Positions 24,915 through 28,168 of a stretch of 28,168 nt of DNA are shown piece by piece (position 1 is the stretch's first letter; every line of letters starts with the position of its first letter). The stretch comes from a virus. Taxonomy: Duplodnaviria > Caudoviricetes. The notes under the pieces were generated by a model. That model searched no databases. It was not told the origin of the DNA and saw nothing but the letters and a program-made list of their open reading frames with translations. The DNA lies in IMG/VR virus record IMGVR_UViG_3300006192_000028, positions 1 through 28,168 of that record; one strand, 5' to 3'. A program made the translations under genes and the position numbers.

Positions 24915-25784
24915 TTAATTATTTAGTAGTTCTGATGAATTATTTTCGTCGGTTTCAAACCATGATGAGTCGTCAGGGTAGCTATCAACATAACAGTCGT
25001 TACCAAGCGGTTCACCGTTCCATATCTCTTGCGCCATTAGCGCCTCCCCATTATCAAACACCCTGACCACTCTGGTGTGTCCGAAGGCTGTGACGATGAA
25101 TTTGCGTTCGCCATCTTCAAACTCGCCATCAAGAGCCATTTCGGTGAGGTCATTTTTTCTTAGACTGACTTGTACCAGGCTGCTTCCGCAATCAGGGCAG
25201 CCGCACTGTGATTTCAGGCGCTGCATAGTGTCACACCATTTCCCTGCCATGGATGCAATCACCCCTAATGTCATTTTGCAGTCAGCCAGAGCGCGGTGTG
25301 CTGTTCCTTCAATAACAACGCCTTGCTGTTTCGCTGCATTTCCCAGGCGTTGCCATTTCCATTGCTCACGGTAGTCATCCCACTCCCCGTAGAACTCTGC
25401 ATAAGCCAGCATGGCGCAGTCAGCTTCTAGCCATAGAGTTTCCAGGATGTTGTGTAGGTTGCTTGTTTGGTCGATGATTCTCAGGTCATAGTCGGCGTTG
25501 TAGATAACTAAATCACGGCCTATGACGATTTCTTCAAACTTACGGATCACTTCTGGCCATGTTGGGGCTTCGGCCACCATCTCGTTAGTTATTCCGTGAA
25601 TGCGCGTGGCTTCTGCTGGAATTGGTGACGTAGGTTTTACCAGCGTATCAAGTAGCACTTGGCCGGTGCAGTCTATTATGCTGATTTCGATTATCTCAGC
25701 CCTTTCATCTAGGCCAGTTGTTTCTGTGTCGAGTATTAATGCGTTATTTTCTAGCCACTGCAGGGCTTGTTGTTTAGGTGTCAT
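24915..25784 (-). CDS. DEDDh 3'-5' exonuclease (DnaQ/epsilon-like) with C-terminal extension
   Basis: ILDTETTG, IHGIT, YNADYD and HRALADC motifs. Confidence 0.93.
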   Translation of the reverse strand: MTPKQQALQWLENNALILDTETTGLDERAEIIEISIIDCTGQVLLDTLVKPTSPIPAEATRIHGITNEMVAEAPTWPEVIRKFEEIVIGRDLVIYNADYDLRIIDQTSNLHNILETLWLEADCAMLAYAEFYGEWDDYREQWKWQRLGNAAKQQGVVIEGTAHRALADCKMTLGVIASMAGKWCDTMQRLKSQCGCPDCGSSLVQVSLRKNDLTEMALDGEFEDGERKFIVTAFGHTRVVRVFDNGEALMAQEIWNGEPLGNDCYVDSYPDDSSWFETDENNSSELLNN

Positions 25785-26020
25785 GCTGCGCTTTCCTCTC
25801 TTTCAATTTCTTCTAAACCTTTGACGCAATCAGGGCAGGCATTGGCCCCAATTTCGTCGTCTGTTTCATAGGCCCGCCATCCCAGCTTTTGCAGTTGTAT
25901 GGCGGCGGCTTCTTTACTGACCGCCTGGACGGTTTCCTCGTTGGTGCAGTTGCAGCAAACGCAGCGCACCATGGTGATCACTTCCAGTTCGCTTTGGTCA
26001 GGCTTCTTCAAAATCAGCAT
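25781..26020 (-). CDS. Small Cys-rich (CxxC...CPDC) hypothetical protein
   Basis: ATG at 26020 after GGAGGAG; stop overlaps the exonuclease start. Confidence 0.7.
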   Translation of the reverse strand: MLILKKPDQSELEVITMVRCVCCNCTNEETVQAVSKEAAAIQLQKLGWRAYETDDEIGANACPDCVKGLEEIEREESAA

Positions 26021-26256
26021 TTCAGCTCCTCCGGCAGTTCTTCGTGAAGGAATACCCACTCGTCTTCAAATACCCCGATTTCTTCCCTGGTTTGAATCGA
26101 CTGGACGTTAAAAGAGATCTCAGGGGCGGCAGGGTCTGGGTTTACTTCGGTTACTCTGGCGAGTCCGCCTGGCCACCCGCCGTATGGCATCGTGATAACG
26201 GTGCGGCCCACCAGCTCCGCACCGAGTTCTGCCAGCATTTGCTTAGCTACGTGCAT
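26014..26256 (-). CDS. Hypothetical protein (80 aa)
   Basis: ATG at 26256 after GGAGGG; overlaps both neighbours in operon fashion. Confidence 0.7.
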   Translation of the reverse strand: MHVAKQMLAELGAELVGRTVITMPYGGWPGGLARVTEVNPDPAAPEISFNVQSIQTREEIGVFEDEWVFLHEELPEELKC

Positions 26257-26470
26257 TTTTCCCTCCATGGTTGCTGATGGTTTTTGTTGCCTGGCGGGCA
26301 ATGCTTGAGGCTGTTTTGCGTAGGGTCTTTCTCCCTTCGCTGTTTTGGGTTGCCTCAAGGATGGAATTAGCCATTGTTAGGGCTTGCTCTGGGTTGTTGG
26401 CCAGTAAGCCTTTCAGGCTGGTTTTTGCGTCTTCTGCAGACGTGCTTAGGTAATTTTCTAGAGTGTACAT
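26243..26470 (-). CDS. Hypothetical protein (75 aa)
   Basis: ATG at 26470 after AAGGAGG. Confidence 0.75.
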   Translation of the reverse strand: MYTLENYLSTSAEDAKTSLKGLLANNPEQALTMANSILEATQNSEGRKTLRKTASSIARQATKTISNHGGKNARS

Positions 26471-26480
26471 GGGCACCTCC

Positions 26481-26627
26481 TTATGCGGCCATTTTTAGAA
26501 GATGATCGCGCATGAAGCCGGTGCAGTAGGTCATCGCGTATTGACGAACCAGGCGCTTGTTCTGTTCGCTGGCCTGAATTTCATGCAGCTTTAGGCTGCG
26601 CACTTTGGTATACTCTTGTGCGGACAT
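26481..26627 (-). CDS. Hypothetical 48-aa protein (below the ORF-track cutoff)
   Basis: GGAG RBS; MSAQEYTKVRSLKLHEIQASEQNKRLVRQYAMTYCTGFMRDHLLKMAA; stop abuts the next gene's RBS. Confidence 0.7.
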   Translation of the reverse strand: MSAQEYTKVRSLKLHEIQASEQNKRLVRQYAMTYCTGFMRDHLLKMAA

Positions 26628-26722
26628 GATGAATCTCCATAATCTCTGATTGGTTGTGTTCCACCAGGCCCGGAAGGTAGTAGCTCCGGGCCTTAGTTTT
26701 TTAGCAGGGGTAGTAGCCCCGC

Positions 26723-26980
26723 TTAGTCTTCCATGGGGTAAAACCCGTTCCCTTCTTCGTACTTTTTAAATAGGTCTTCCAGGGCTTCGATCACTAATAG
26801 TTTCACAGTCACCTTGGTGTCTTCTGCATTGCCTTTCATTTTTAAAAGGCGTTTGTGGTATTCGCGGGGAATATCAACGCGAAGAGGCTGCTCAGGGCCT
26901 TGAACTGTGTCAGGTTGCGAGACCTTTAGTTTTGCTCGTTCAACGTCTTTACGTTCCCCTATTTGGCTCTTTTTAAGCAT
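26723..26980 (-). CDS. Small ribbon-helix-helix centromere-binding partition protein (ParG-like)
   Basis: 85 aa overlapping the parA end; flexible N-terminus then LRVDIPREYHKRL...VKLLVIEALEDLFKKY strand-helix-helix pattern. Confidence 0.8.
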   Translation of the reverse strand: MLKKSQIGERKDVERAKLKVSQPDTVQGPEQPLRVDIPREYHKRLLKMKGNAEDTKVTVKLLVIEALEDLFKKYEEGNGFYPMED

Positions 26981-27614
26981 GCATGTACTCCAATATCTCT
27001 TTTGTCAGCATCTTAATTTCATGGCGAGCTTGGTTGTCTTCATCCAGATGGACCACGGCACTGCCATTCTTGGCCGTGTTTGCATAGTCAACACGCTGGG
27101 TTGTGCCGTTCTTTAGGATGGGTAGCTCGTAATAGCCGAGAGCTTCTTTGATTTCGGCTTCCAGCTTAGTGCGCTTGATTGCGCGGGAAATGATAAATGC
27201 AGCCTTTGGTATGCCGTCAGTGACTTCCTGGCGAGCTTTTACTATCTCAACCAATTCAGCAGCACTCCAGCAGTCATAAGGACTTGGCTGTGTTGGGATG
27301 AGTACCATATCAGCAGCTCTTACCGCCGTTGCTGCAAGGTCAGCAACCTGTGGCGCCCCGTCAACGATCACGTATTCATAGCCGCTGGCCACTTTGTGAA
27401 TGTCACGGTGCAAGTTTTTACCCATGCGGATAACAGGGACGGTCTCGCTGCCTTCCTCAGCTTGCTCAGACCAGTCCGTTGCGCTTCCTTGTGGGTCAAG
27501 GTCAACCAGTAGAACCTTGTGGCCGTCAGCGTGAAGCTGTGAGGCTACGTTGGTGGATATGGTTGTCTTACCGGCACCGCCTTTTTGATTAAGAATGGCT
27601 ATCAATTTGGCCAT
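26973..27614 (-). CDS. parA: ParA/ParF-type Walker-box partition ATPase (213 aa)
   Basis: NQKGGAGKTT, VDLDPQGS, VIVDGAP and ADMVLIPTQPS motifs; ATG at 27614 after AGAGGAG; no N-terminal HTH (type Ib). Confidence 0.95.
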   Translation of the reverse strand: MAKLIAILNQKGGAGKTTISTNVASQLHADGHKVLLVDLDPQGSATDWSEQAEEGSETVPVIRMGKNLHRDIHKVASGYEYVIVDGAPQVADLAATAVRAADMVLIPTQPSPYDCWSAAELVEIVKARQEVTDGIPKAAFIISRAIKRTKLEAEIKEALGYYELPILKNGTTQRVDYANTAKNGSAVVHLDEDNQARHEIKMLTKEILEYMHA

Positions 27615-27640
27615 TTCGTTCTCCTCTCTGTTGATGTGTG

Positions 27641-27688
27641 CGTAAAGTATAAGCGTACAAATGTACATTTGTAAATATGTTAATTTGT
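27641..27688 (-). promoter_or_regulatory. parA promoter with overlapping 8-bp-period operator/centromere array
   Basis: - strand TTTACA(27675-27670)-18 bp-TATACT(27651-27646); + strand units cgtaaagt ataagcgt acaaatgt acatttgt aaatatgt taatttgt, including the palindrome TACAAATGTACATTTGTA. Confidence 0.7.
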
Positions 27689-27939
27689 GTTTTGTGCGTT
27701 GGGTGGTCGCTGCTTTTATGTGATTGGCACTTGCTTGCACTCTCAATCCCTTTATTTATAGGCAGTTACGCAGATTTGGGTGTTAACCGGAAAGGCCGTG
27801 TTGCAACTGTACAGTCTCTTTTTCTGCTTCCGCTTCCTACCGCATTGGTTCATGGCATGGCCGTTCACCGGACATTACAGGGCCATATTCACCTATTAAG
27901 AAATCAGCGACAGTAAAGTCCCAATCGCCCACTAATTAC

Positions 27940-28078
27940 AACTGTACATATACAGCATTGCGACACATAAATAAATAACTGTACATATATTTATAATTGC
28001 ACACACTCGCCATAAAATAACTGTACATATATTTATTTTATTAACTGTACATATACCAATAAATTAACTGTACACATA
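27940..28078 (+). repeat. Sub-telomeric direct repeats AACTGTACATATA
   Basis: Exact copies start at 27940, 27977, 28019 and 28043; one-mismatch copy at 28066. Confidence 0.9.
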
Positions 28079-28168
28079 CCAACTTGCACATGTGTACATA
28101 TAGTCTAATTAGACTATATGTACACATGTGCAAGTTGGTATGTGTACAGTTAATTTATTGGTATATGT
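28049..28168. repeat. Perfect 120-bp palindrome: protelomerase telomere site / hairpin end
   Basis: Axis between 28108 and 28109 (TAGTCTAA|TTAGACTA); 60-bp arms match perfectly to the last base of the window. Confidence 0.9.

Larger units (their letters stand above)
1..28168. mobile_element. Temperate phage / linear plasmid-prophage (N15-like lifestyle, VHML/VP58.5-like myovirus), partial genome
   Basis: Continuous head-tail gene set, cos-like site, ParA/RHH partition pair and terminal palindrome; no integrase or host genes in the window. Confidence 0.93.

Noticed and set aside
27615-27746. 44-aa N-terminal extension of ParA in the ORF track
   Set aside because: It spans the promoter/operator array; the strong RBS precedes ATG 27614
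27677-27916. 79-aa + strand ORF between parA and the telomere
   Set aside because: No RBS or motif, and it starts inside the operator array
27940-28078. CRISPR array interpretation of the terminal repeats
   Set aside because: Repeats are only 13 bp with irregular 10-29 bp AT-rich gaps, and there are no cas genes
1-28168. A second VR or additional DGR target
   Set aside because: No other copy of the TR 3' signature (GGTTTTCGCCCCGCT) was seen by eye; a remote target outside the window cannot be excluded

Overview
The window is one arm of a temperate phage genome that appears to replicate as a linear, hairpin-ended plasmid. It resembles the Vibrio VHML/VP58.5-type phages, judged from gene content and order rather than a database search. 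On the + strand it carries a lambda-like cos site, a lambda-like head module (terS, terL, portal, protease/scaffold, decoration, major capsid) and a P2-like contractile tail module. A complete, apparently intact diversity-generating retroelement (DGR) sits at the tail-fibre position: a C-type-lectin/FGE-fold target gene with VR at 13176-13292, a downstream hairpin, avd, TR at 13730-13846 and a YMDD reverse transcriptase. The TR is read in frame as the N-terminus of the RT ORF. After the tail genes comes a membrane-protein moron preceded by a 16-bp-period TCCT array. A leftward block follows, with a Rha-family gene under a c4-like antisense RNA, a DEDDh exonuclease, small ORFs and a ParA plus small RHH partition pair. 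The window ends in sub-telomeric repeats and a perfect 120-bp palindrome running to the last base, interpreted as the protelomerase telomere site. Product calls come from motif recognition and synteny only.
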